A DNA stretch of 64,000 nt from a virus. The stretch lies in the IMG/VR virus record IMGVR_UViG_3300042731_005302; one strand, given 5' to 3'. Made by a program: the position numbers and the translations under genes. Shown here one piece after another: positions 8,880 to 16,907 of the stretch. Every line of letters begins with the position of its first letter. Position 1 is the stretch's first letter. The notes beneath the pieces were generated by a model. It searched no databases. It was not told the DNA's origin and saw only the letters and a list, made by a program, of their open reading frames with translations.

Positions 8880-9128
8880 GTGGGAGTACTCAAAGTTCTA
8901 GATCGTCGAATAGTCACTAAAGCAAGCGATGACGGAACCTTCCAAGAGGGAGACCATATTCTTCTGTATGACGACGGCACCATAGGGTGTGTAGAAGCTG
9001 AAGGGTGGGTAGAAAAGGATGACGCAGAAGAAGCCGTTAAAGGGATGAAATCGGTCCAGGATACAGAATGGAAAGAACGCCGCAAGAAGGCATTACAGGC
9101 CGCACTAGACAAACTCAACTCAGAATAA
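8880..9128 (+). CDS. hypothetical protein
   Basis: GTG start 6 nt after TAGGGGA. The stop overlaps the sbcD start (TAATG). Confidence 0.45.
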   Translation: MGVLKVLDRRIVTKASDDGTFQEGDHILLYDDGTIGCVEAEGWVEKDDAEEAVKGMKSVQDTEWKERRKKALQAALDKLNSE

Positions 9129-10168
9129 TGAAAATACTTTTCTACTCCGACCCACACTTGTGGCTGTCCAGGGCCTCACACACCACATCAAGTTCAGCCT
9201 CCAGGCTGAGAGACGCCTTGTTCAACCAAGTTACCACCTTGTCGGGTATAGAGTCAGACCTACAAGTATGCCTAGGAGACCTATTCGACTCCTACAGCAA
9301 CTCGGAAGCCGGCATCCAGCAGGGAGCCCGGGCCATAGGGCAAACCCGGTTTGTTCTGGCCGGGAACCATGATGTGCGTAACAGCCGGGACTCTGTCAGC
9401 AGCCTACGGCTCCTGTCCGACATCATGCCTGGCCGGGTGATCCTCAATGACTGGGGAGACCGCGAACCCACCTTCGTAGATCTGGGAGGCTCCAGGCTGG
9501 TCTTCGTCCCACACATCAGGTCTCAAGAAGAGTTCGAGCAAGCCCTGGAAGACGCTACTGCGGCTGCTAGGGAGAGCAAGAAATGGAATGTGTTGTGCCT
9601 GCACTGCAATGTGGAAATGGAAGCCAGAGATTTATCAGACACTACACTCAACTTGTCCAAGGAGAAGGCCAAGCAGATGCTGACGGTGTTTCACTCTGTC
9701 TTCATCGGGCACGAACACAACCCACGGGACCTCTATGCGCAACGTCTGAGAGTGGTGGGAAACCTACACCCTACAGGCTTTGCCGACATCTCGGACAAGC
9801 GGGTACTACGGTACGACACTGAGACCGGCAAATCAGAATCCATCAGCGTCTGGAAGCAGGAGGGAACCTCTTGGCAGGGCATGGCCTCAGAGCTGCCTGA
9901 AAGCGCCTCTCTGAGGTTCCTGGATTTAGAGGATGACCTGCCCCCTGGTGAGTCCTTCAAGCGCGTGTCTGCAGAATTCAAGCGTCAGGATGGGCCTTAC
10001 TGCATTCGTCTTACCTCGAACACAAAAATCGAGCGCAGCGATCAGAAAGCCACGCTGGAAGAAGTGGAAAAGCTGCCGGATCTGATTACAAGCAGCATAG
10101 AAAAGAACCATAAAGACCTGTTACCTCTGTGGGAGGAGTTGAAGAATGCTGCGCTCGCTACGGCTTGA
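9128..10168 (+). CDS. sbcD: SbcD/Mre11-type metallophosphoesterase nuclease
   Basis: Calcineurin-like motifs FYSDPHL, CLGDLFD, LAGNHD and IGHEHN. Confidence 0.8.
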   Translation: MKILFYSDPHLWLSRASHTTSSSASRLRDALFNQVTTLSGIESDLQVCLGDLFDSYSNSEAGIQQGARAIGQTRFVLAGNHDVRNSRDSVSSLRLLSDIMPGRVILNDWGDREPTFVDLGGSRLVFVPHIRSQEEFEQALEDATAAARESKKWNVLCLHCNVEMEARDLSDTTLNLSKEKAKQMLTVFHSVFIGHEHNPRDLYAQRLRVVGNLHPTGFADISDKRVLRYDTETGKSESISVWKQEGTSWQGMASELPESASLRFLDLEDDLPPGESFKRVSAEFKRQDGPYCIRLTSNTKIERSDQKATLEEVEKLPDLITSSIEKNHKDLLPLWEELKNAALATA

Positions 10169-12299
10169 GAACTTTCAGAAGCACGCCTCCCTTGAGGTAG
10201 AGTTCGACTCCCGCACTACCATCATTACCGGGGCCAACTGGTCAGGCAAATCCACCATCATTCGTGGCATTGTCTACGCTTTATTCGGCCCGTCTGCCGT
10301 GCCCGGGGGAAACAAAATCCTTCAGCGCCGAGGAACCAAAAAGAAGCCCTTCGCAGAGCTGAAGTTCTCCCTGAATGGAAAAGACTATACGGCAGTACGG
10401 CGCGGAGCCTCTGCTACCTTGTTTCAGGGAGAGAGCAAGATAGCTACAGGAGCCTCGGTCGTTACAGAAGAGGTAGAACATCTGCTCGGATATCCAAGCA
10501 GATTGTTTGTTGCCTTGCGCACGGCTCCGCAGGAAGAGGCTGCCTCGATCCTTACCTTGGGATCTACCAAGCTGAGTGAAATCCTGAACAGCATTACTGA
10601 AGTAGATGTCATCGACAGGGTCAGAGATGAGATCGGTAGCCGGCTGTCAGAGTTGAAGTTTGCAGTGGGACGCCACCAAGACGTGGACCTGCCGGCCCTT
10701 AGGCAGGCCAGGGACGGGGCCATTACGGAACTGCATCAGCTCAACACTGGCATTGAAAAGAAAAGCCAGGCCGTAGCCTCCCTACTGTCAGAACTCACTG
10801 AACTGCAGGAGCAGGTAACAAACCTAGCAGAACAGAACAAGGAAGCAGAGAGCAGCAAGATCAGAATAGCTGTACTGATGAGAGACCTTGAGGCAGAAGA
10901 AAAAAGCCTATCAGAACTACGTGAAGACCTGCAAAATGCAGGAACGATGTCAGAAGAGCAAGTAGCGGCTCTCTGGGAAGCATACGAGAAAGAGAGAGAT
11001 CACTTACAGGAGATGGAAACCAAGGAGCAGAAAAGGACTTCCAGGCTGGCTGTGTTGAAGCATGAGGCAGCAACTGCAGAGCAGAGACTTGAACAAGCCC
11101 TAAGTGTGTTATCCAGTCTTCCTAAAAACTCTGAGCTGATGCCCGGAGTGGAACTTGAGCGGTTACGGACCAGTGCAAATAAGGCCACGTCTGCCGCATC
11201 AGAAGCCGCTGTCTTGCACCGCCAAGCAGCAACAGCCCTTGAGCAGTCTGTCTGCCCAGCATGCAAGCGCCCATATGAAGAGCACGATATGGAAAAGCTC
11301 CAGGCTGAGGTTGAAGCAGCTAAGGAAAAAGCAGAGGCTCTAGAAGTAGAGGTGGCACAAGCTAAGAAAGCCTTGTCAGATGCTGAGCAATATCAGGATG
11401 CCGCCCTACAACAGCAGCGCCAAAGAGCACAGGCTGAAGAAGACAGGCAGTCAGCGGCTGCATCTAAGAAAAATGCCGAGGAAGAGATAGCCGGCATGGG
11501 AGATGCTGCCGCCCCGGATCTACTGCAGTTAAAAGAATCAGTACTGAAGAAGCATGAGAAGCACACAGAGGCTCTGCAGAAGCTGTCGCGCATTGCATTG
11601 CTAAAGGATTCAATAACCTATTCAGAGAATACCGTTGCTGCAAAAACTGAAGAGCTGGACAACATCCCAGCATACCCTGCAGACCTCAAGGAGCAGTGGG
11701 AAATTGCGGACGCCCACTACAGAGCAAAGAAACAGGCTCACTATGAGCTGAATGCAGACCTAACCAGTCTGCGGCATCAGTATGCAGCCAGCTACCGTGA
11801 ATATGAGACCTACGATGCCAACGTAAAACAAGCCGAGGCCCTGTTACAGTCTCAGCAGAAAGAGCTGAAACAGCAGGATCAACTCAAGAGATTGGGTAAA
11901 TATCTCACCACCAATCGAGACTCCTTCACAGAGAAAGTCTGGCAGTCCCTGCTGACCTATGCCTCTCAGTTCATAGAACAAGCCACAGGAGGAGCCGTAA
12001 CGGCTGTCTCCAGGGATGCCGGAGGAAACTTCACCTATCAGGAGGCCGGAGAAGAGATGCCCATACAGGCCGCCTCAGGCCTCCAAAAGGCTATCATCGG
12101 GACTGCTGTTCGGTTAGCATTGGCAGAAGCAGTCCGGGCAAGCAGTAACTTCTTCCTCTTGGACGAGGTAACCGCCGGGGCCTCGGATGAGGCATCCATG
12201 GCTGTTACCAACGCTCTCAACCAGACCGGGCTGCAAATAGTGGCTGTCACGCACCGGCCCGCAGACGCAGCTGTTGCTGACAGAGTGGTTTCCCTCTAA
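10146..12299 (+). CDS. sbcC: SbcC/Rad50-type SMC-like ATPase
   Basis: Walker A GANWSGKST, a long coiled coil with a central CPAC zinc hook, and Walker B FFLLDEVTAGASDE. Confidence 0.85.
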   Translation: MLRSLRLENFQKHASLEVEFDSRTTIITGANWSGKSTIIRGIVYALFGPSAVPGGNKILQRRGTKKKPFAELKFSLNGKDYTAVRRGASATLFQGESKIATGASVVTEEVEHLLGYPSRLFVALRTAPQEEAASILTLGSTKLSEILNSITEVDVIDRVRDEIGSRLSELKFAVGRHQDVDLPALRQARDGAITELHQLNTGIEKKSQAVASLLSELTELQEQVTNLAEQNKEAESSKIRIAVLMRDLEAEEKSLSELREDLQNAGTMSEEQVAALWEAYEKERDHLQEMETKEQKRTSRLAVLKHEAATAEQRLEQALSVLSSLPKNSELMPGVELERLRTSANKATSAASEAAVLHRQAATALEQSVCPACKRPYEEHDMEKLQAEVEAAKEKAEALEVEVAQAKKALSDAEQYQDAALQQQRQRAQAEEDRQSAAASKKNAEEEIAGMGDAAAPDLLQLKESVLKKHEKHTEALQKLSRIALLKDSITYSENTVAAKTEELDNIPAYPADLKEQWEIADAHYRAKKQAHYELNADLTSLRHQYAASYREYETYDANVKQAEALLQSQQKELKQQDQLKRLGKYLTTNRDSFTEKVWQSLLTYASQFIEQATGGAVTAVSRDAGGNFTYQEAGEEMPIQAASGLQKAIIGTAVRLALAEAVRASSNFFLLDEVTAGASDEASMAVTNALNQTGLQIVAVTHRPADAAVADRVVSL

Positions 12300-12313
12300 G
12301 ACAGGACAAGGCT

Positions 12314-12733
12314 GTGAGCACATACGCTTGCTACAAGAAAGGCTACAAATACCAACTGGCAGAGAGCTACTCTGCCAATGTCGGAATCACCCCAGAACGG
12401 GACATTACGACTGCCTACATTCGCTTAACAAAGAAGGGCATTCTTCATATTCGGGACGGATATGCTTGGGATGGCCCGTCAGGTCCAACCATTGACACCT
12501 CAGACTTCATGCGCGGGTCCCTTGAGCATGATGCGTTATATCAGCTCATGCGAGAAGGGGAGCTGGACCCCAATATCTATCGGGTTCAGGCTGACGACAG
12601 ACTTAAGCAGGTTTGCCTGGAGGACGGTATGTGGCCCATCAGGGCCTGGTGGGTTCACAGAGCAGTGCGCCGGTTGGCTTTCTTTGCGGCGGACCCTAAA
12701 AACAAGAAGAAGATTTACATAGCACCCACCTAA
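12314..12733 (+). CDS. DUF1353-like protein
   Basis: DGYAWDGPSGP...GSLEHDALYQL matches the DUF1353 pattern (G..DG.S.P ... HD.LY). Confidence 0.5.
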   Translation: MSTYACYKKGYKYQLAESYSANVGITPERDITTAYIRLTKKGILHIRDGYAWDGPSGPTIDTSDFMRGSLEHDALYQLMREGELDPNIYRVQADDRLKQVCLEDGMWPIRAWWVHRAVRRLAFFAADPKNKKKIYIAPT

Positions 12734-12760
12734 AGTTTACATGACACGTAGGAGAGAAAA

Positions 12761-13039
12761 ATGAGAATACACGTTGAAGCTTTTGCTGCTGCTATGGAAG
12801 CAAAGCTCAAATCAAAAGATGTCGAGAAAGGAACAGAAGGGTGGCTAGGGACAGACTGCTCTGTACGATATCTTCTAGGAAGGCTGATCGAAGAGCAAAG
12901 GGAACTGCAGGCAGCCTTCGACGATTGCGACCCTAAAAACTTGGCTGAAGAGTGCGTTGATGTGGCCAACTTCGCCATGATGATTCGTAGCCGGCTGACG
13001 GCAGAACAAAGAAAATGCTCTGGCATGAGGGTTGGATAA
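12761..13039 (+). CDS. small MazG-like NTP pyrophosphohydrolase (tentative)
   Basis: GTAGGAGAG SD upstream. EEQRELQAA...AEECVDVANFAMMI acidic helix pair. Confidence 0.5.
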   Translation: MRIHVEAFAAAMEAKLKSKDVEKGTEGWLGTDCSVRYLLGRLIEEQRELQAAFDDCDPKNLAEECVDVANFAMMIRSRLTAEQRKCSGMRVG

Positions 13040-13515
13040 TGGGCAATCCACAGACCCGCCTAAGCAAGTGGGACCTCCGCTTTCTGGGCTTGGCCAAGCA
13101 CATTGGGTCCTGGTCCAAAGACCCTTCAACCAAGGTCGGATGCGTCATAGCGGACAGCCGAAACCGGTTGGTTGGGACAGGGTTCAACGGCTTCCCTCAC
13201 GGGGTAAAGGATCTGCCGGAGCGCCTTGAGGACAGGGACCTGAAGTATAAATTGGTGCAGCATGCAGAGCGGAACGCAGTTGCATTCTCTACCAACGATA
13301 TTTCAGGCTGCACGGCGTATGTGTGGCCTCAACCTCCCTGCGCTCAGTGCGCTGGAGCACTGATCCAGGCCGGCATAAAGCGCATCGTAGCACCAGACAT
13401 CCCCAGAGACCATGAGCGCTGGGGAAGAGATCACGAGCTGGCCTTTGAGATGTATGCTGAGGCTGGAGTCGTGGTTGACTTTGAGAGGCTTGAGGATATA
13501 GAGAATATGCTATAG
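13039..13515 (+). CDS. dCMP (deoxycytidylate) deaminase
   Basis: HAERNAV and PCAQCAGALIQAGIKRIV zinc-binding motifs of CMP/dCMP deaminases. TAATG coupling to the upstream gene. Confidence 0.85.
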   Translation: MGNPQTRLSKWDLRFLGLAKHIGSWSKDPSTKVGCVIADSRNRLVGTGFNGFPHGVKDLPERLEDRDLKYKLVQHAERNAVAFSTNDISGCTAYVWPQPPCAQCAGALIQAGIKRIVAPDIPRDHERWGRDHELAFEMYAEAGVVVDFERLEDIENML

Positions 13516-13516
13516 C

Positions 13517-13544
13517 AAAAAGCCCGCCAATTGGCGGGCTTTTT
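13517..13544. terminator. bidirectional rho-independent terminator between convergent operons
   Basis: aaaaagcccgcc-aatt-ggcgggcttttt. The 12-bp stem is flanked by A-run and T-run sequences. Confidence 0.8.
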
Positions 13545-13566
13545 GTGGTTGGCATTCCGCCTAGAA

Positions 13567-14592
13567 TTAAGCGTCGGTACGAGTGATAGTCACCGTACCC
13601 TTGGTAGCGTCCTCAAAGGCCCTGAAGGTCGGACTGATCAGCAGGTCCTGATCCGGGCCTCCAGCCAGAGGAGTCACACCACCCTGCGGCTTCAGTTTGT
13701 CGAAGTCGAAGTTGAACGTATTGCCGGAAGAGTCTGCCAGATCGAAGGCCAGCTTACACAGGTCGTCGTTGATCAACTGAGTGTACAGGGTGCCGTTCTG
13801 GAAGTAGATGGTGGAGGAGATCTCCGCCATGAAACGACCGGAAGAGATGCCGGCAGGATAAATGCCAGCAGAGTTGACCGCAGACTGAGCCCGCATCTGA
13901 TTGGAGAAGGTGAGGTTCAGACTCTGGAAAGTGGCCGTAATGGACGCATCGGTATGGTCGGTCAGCGAGAAGTTGGAAATGGAGTCCACAGCAGACATCA
14001 ACTGGGAACCGCCGTAGACCGCCGTATCGTAGGTCCAGGTATTGCCAGTAGGACCTGTTGCTGCCGTACCGCTATCAACAGCACCTCCAATACCCAGAAG
14101 GGTTACAGAACCAGTGACCAGGCTGCCAACTTCCATATTCAGGCTGAGGCTGTCGATCTGGCAGCCGCGATAGGTGTAGTACCAGTAGGTGGTGCCGACC
14201 AGCACGCGCTTCATGAACATCAAGCACTGCTTGGAGCTGCCGTTGGCCATCGTATCCGTGGTCGCCCACAGATTACCCGGAGCCGGGCTTATGCCCAGGT
14301 CCATATCATAAGCGCCCTGGAGAGCAGGGATCAGCAAGTCTCCAAGCTGCTTGTAGCTTGCCTCGAAGGTGAAACCTCCCACGATCTGGCCTTCCGACAG
14401 CTTGGAATCGGCAAACGACCGATTGGTGGTGATCTCATCGGAAATCGTGGAGGTGAGGTTCTGGTCCAACGTCTCACCTGTCATGCGGACAGCCGCCCAT
14501 TCCTGGGTAGTGGAAATTGCCGCAGAAGGATCGGCATCGAGTGCCATAAACAGAGCAACTTCAGAGGTGGAACTAAAAGCAGGACAAGTCAT
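13567..14592 (-). CDS. putative major tail tube protein
   Basis: 341 aa with a CAGGAG SD and a 150-bp upstream gap, followed by a strong terminator. It lies just downstream of a terminator-like gene. No other tube candidate sits near the chaperones. Sequence-level assignment is tentative. Confidence 0.45.
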   Translation of the reverse strand: MTCPAFSSTSEVALFMALDADPSAAISTTQEWAAVRMTGETLDQNLTSTISDEITTNRSFADSKLSEGQIVGGFTFEASYKQLGDLLIPALQGAYDMDLGISPAPGNLWATTDTMANGSSKQCLMFMKRVLVGTTYWYYTYRGCQIDSLSLNMEVGSLVTGSVTLLGIGGAVDSGTAATGPTGNTWTYDTAVYGGSQLMSAVDSISNFSLTDHTDASITATFQSLNLTFSNQMRAQSAVNSAGIYPAGISSGRFMAEISSTIYFQNGTLYTQLINDDLCKLAFDLADSSGNTFNFDFDKLKPQGGVTPLAGGPDQDLLISPTFRAFEDATKGTVTITRTDA

Positions 14593-14746
14593 TGTAGGCT
14601 CCTGAACTGTCGGTCTTAGTGGGTTAAAAGCAGGACTTGCAACCTGCCAATGTGGTTAGGATAGTACAAAGTTTAGTTCGTTTTCAATGGTTTACGTGCG
14701 TGCTACTGGGCTCTGCTTGTGCCTATACTTATATAGACACAAATAG

Positions 14747-14983
14747 TTACATAACACCGTAAACTTCGTCTGTACTGCCGACGATGACGACCAAGCCGTC
14801 CTCAAGCCCAGTGGAATCTCCGGGGTGAAGCTCACCAGCTCGTCTAGCAGTACGATAGGCCACAGAGGGATGAACCCGTTTAGGGTAGTATCCTCCCAGA
14901 AATGCTAACTCTTCGTAAAAGATTTTGTCCCCTAAACGGGCGGCCTGCAGGGAGTGCGTTCGGCCATTGATTGTTATGTTCAC
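14747..14983 (-). CDS. hypothetical small protein (possible beta-grasp fold)
   Basis: 78-aa ORF coupled to its upstream gene. MNITINGR...GDSTGLEDGLVVIVG resembles a ThiS/ubiquitin-like pattern. Confidence 0.45.
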   Translation of the reverse strand: MNITINGRTHSLQAARLGDKIFYEELAFLGGYYPKRVHPSVAYRTARRAGELHPGDSTGLEDGLVVIVGSTDEVYGVM

Positions 14984-15411
14984 AATTCAAACTCCGCTTC
15001 TATAGGCCACACAGCAGCATAGGTTGCCCAGCCTTGCCGCAGTTGGTACTCGTTACCGATTCTGTTGAAGTCCTGGATACGAATGTTGTTCGACAAGGTC
15101 GTGTCTTCCAAGAGGTCGTTCAGAGATCCAAGCAGGGATTTGGCAACGCGGGAACCCTTTCCTTCCGGAACATGCACGTCGATCATCACTTGCCCATAAT
15201 ACCGCTTACAGACATTTGGCATCTCGATCTGTCTGGAAGTATCGACAGAGACGGACACGAAGATATAGGGGTCTGTACTGTCATACAGGAAGGGAGCTGC
15301 CGGGTCGGTAAAGTCTCTCGGCTCTACGTTTTCCCAGGCAATTTTAGTGCTGGACCAGTTGGCGCTGATGTACTCTTCTACGACTTTAGGGATTAATTCA
15401 TTAGGGTCCAT
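14980..15411 (-). CDS. putative tail terminator (DUF4128/gpU-like)
   Basis: ATG 15411 lies 6 nt after GGAG. ISANW..IAWENV.F....PYIFVSV......G.V.IDVHVPEGKG resembles the tail-terminator family pattern. Confidence 0.45.
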   Translation of the reverse strand: MDPNELIPKVVEEYISANWSSTKIAWENVEPRDFTDPAAPFLYDSTDPYIFVSVSVDTSRQIEMPNVCKRYYGQVMIDVHVPEGKGSRVAKSLLGSLNDLLEDTTLSNNIRIQDFNRIGNEYQLRQGWATYAAVWPIEAEFEL

Positions 15412-15967
15412 GCCAGGCTCCTGATGCGATTCTCTTGCGAGCAATGACGACAGCAGAATCTACAGCTTTACGTATAGCCTCTACAGTGTGATGTCCTGGA
15501 TGGCCCTCAGTAGCGTACCACCAATAAGGTTGTGGGGTGCCGTGGGCGTTTGTGCTGCCCTGAGCGAACAAGGGATTGAAGATGGCGATCTCGGGAGACC
15601 TACCTTTCCTCGCCGTGATCTCAGCAAACAACTGAGTGCGCTCAGCACTGCCATAAGCTCCAGCCTTCTGCCAGGTGCTGGTGACTACAGGCCTGGCCAT
15701 GCCCCGCTCAGAGAACTGGGCATGCGACTCCCCGACAGGGGGCCTACCTCGATTGAAATCAGGCGGCTGGTTCTTCCAGTGCCCGGCACCTATAGAGATG
15801 CGCCAATTGGAAGCGAACTGACCGCTGCTCTGCCAAGTGTGCTTTACCGCAGCCTGGAACGCCATCACAGCCATTAGGGCCTGAGTGCGCCTGACCTGGG
15901 TGCGCAACTGAGAGACGATATGGCGCACGTACAGCTGATTGTTCCTTTTGGCTTGATTACGATCCAT
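15401..15967 (-). CDS. hypothetical structural protein (possible neck/tail-completion protein)
   Basis: 188 aa. Sits immediately upstream of the terminator-like gene and overlaps both neighbours. Confidence 0.4.
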   Translation of the reverse strand: MDRNQAKRNNQLYVRHIVSQLRTQVRRTQALMAVMAFQAAVKHTWQSSGQFASNWRISIGAGHWKNQPPDFNRGRPPVGESHAQFSERGMARPVVTSTWQKAGAYGSAERTQLFAEITARKGRSPEIAIFNPLFAQGSTNAHGTPQPYWWYATEGHPGHHTVEAIRKAVDSAVVIARKRIASGAWHGP

Positions 15968-16907
15968 CGTTCGGGGTCCGCAAGGCCTTGATGATCCACT
16001 GCTCTCCGTCGGCCCCTATCTTCGTGGAGTAGATCTTATACCTGAAGCCGTTGCGTCTGATTATCCCATCGATAAGAAAATCAAATCCGACATGCTCAAG
16101 GTACACATAAATGGTTATGTCTTTGCCAGCCAATGTCTGTCCGTCGCTGTCTGTTTCAGTATTGGTGACGGTGCCGGAGAAGGCGCGATCAGAGACAGTT
16201 TGAGGAATGACGGAGCCGGTCGTCGCGCTGTAGCCTCCGGCTGCAGTGATCAGCTCGTAAACCATATCTTCCACGTCTTTCTCCCTGGACTCTACCCGTG
16301 CCAGTTGAAACCCTGCCTCCGTGTAAGCTTCCCGGACCCTGAACTCTTTACCGGAGTAGAACCCGTCCTCAAACGAAAAGTAGTCTCCATCTTGAAGTAT
16401 GAGAGCTGAGTCATAAGGACAAGTCAGAAAGTAATCTCCGTACTGTTCTCTGTGGGCATCCGGCAAGCGCACCTCAGTGCGTAGCTCCAGGTCCCCATAG
16501 AGTACGCCCTCATCAGAGCGCACCAAAGCCCCAAGGTTGTCTCCGGTGCCTTGGGTAGCCTCACGGTACACCCGGCCCTGGGTGACACGGTGAAGGGCTC
16601 TGGCAGTATCGTAGACAGTGTCACTGGACGAATCCCACCGAGGAACCTCAGAGACAGCGAACACCTCGTTCATAGCCCTGTGCAGAACCAGGTGAGAGGT
16701 GTTTATTGCCTGAGTACTTGGGATGGAAAGCGTCTCCCGGCGGGTAGGCCGCTGGTAGATCGTCTTGAATCGATCCGCAGGGTAGACCCTTCCCTGAAAC
16801 TCGTTGGATACAGGGAATGAATCTGAGGCTCTATCCCAAAAGCAAAGCGTATCCAGCCGGGTTACGCTGGCCGGAACTTTGAGCTTTGCCAGGCTACCGG
16901 AGATCAT
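15957..16907 (-). CDS. hypothetical tail-associated protein
   Basis: 316-aa ORF coupled within the tail operon. Confidence 0.5.
   Translation of the reverse strand: MISGSLAKLKVPASVTRLDTLCFWDRASDSFPVSNEFQGRVYPADRFKTIYQRPTRRETLSIPSTQAINTSHLVLHRAMNEVFAVSEVPRWDSSSDTVYDTARALHRVTQGRVYREATQGTGDNLGALVRSDEGVLYGDLELRTEVRLPDAHREQYGDYFLTCPYDSALILQDGDYFSFEDGFYSGKEFRVREAYTEAGFQLARVESREKDVEDMVYELITAAGGYSATTGSVIPQTVSDRAFSGTVTNTETDSDGQTLAGKDITIYVYLEHVGFDFLIDGIIRRNGFRYKIYSTKIGADGEQWIIKALRTPNDGS

Noticed and set aside
13531-14619. 362-aa plus-strand ORF covering the whole tail-tube-like gene.
   Set aside because: It starts inside the bidirectional terminator, has no SD and has an Arg/Gly/Ser-rich composition typical of antisense translation. 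The minus-strand ORF has a CAGGAG SD and a protein-like composition.
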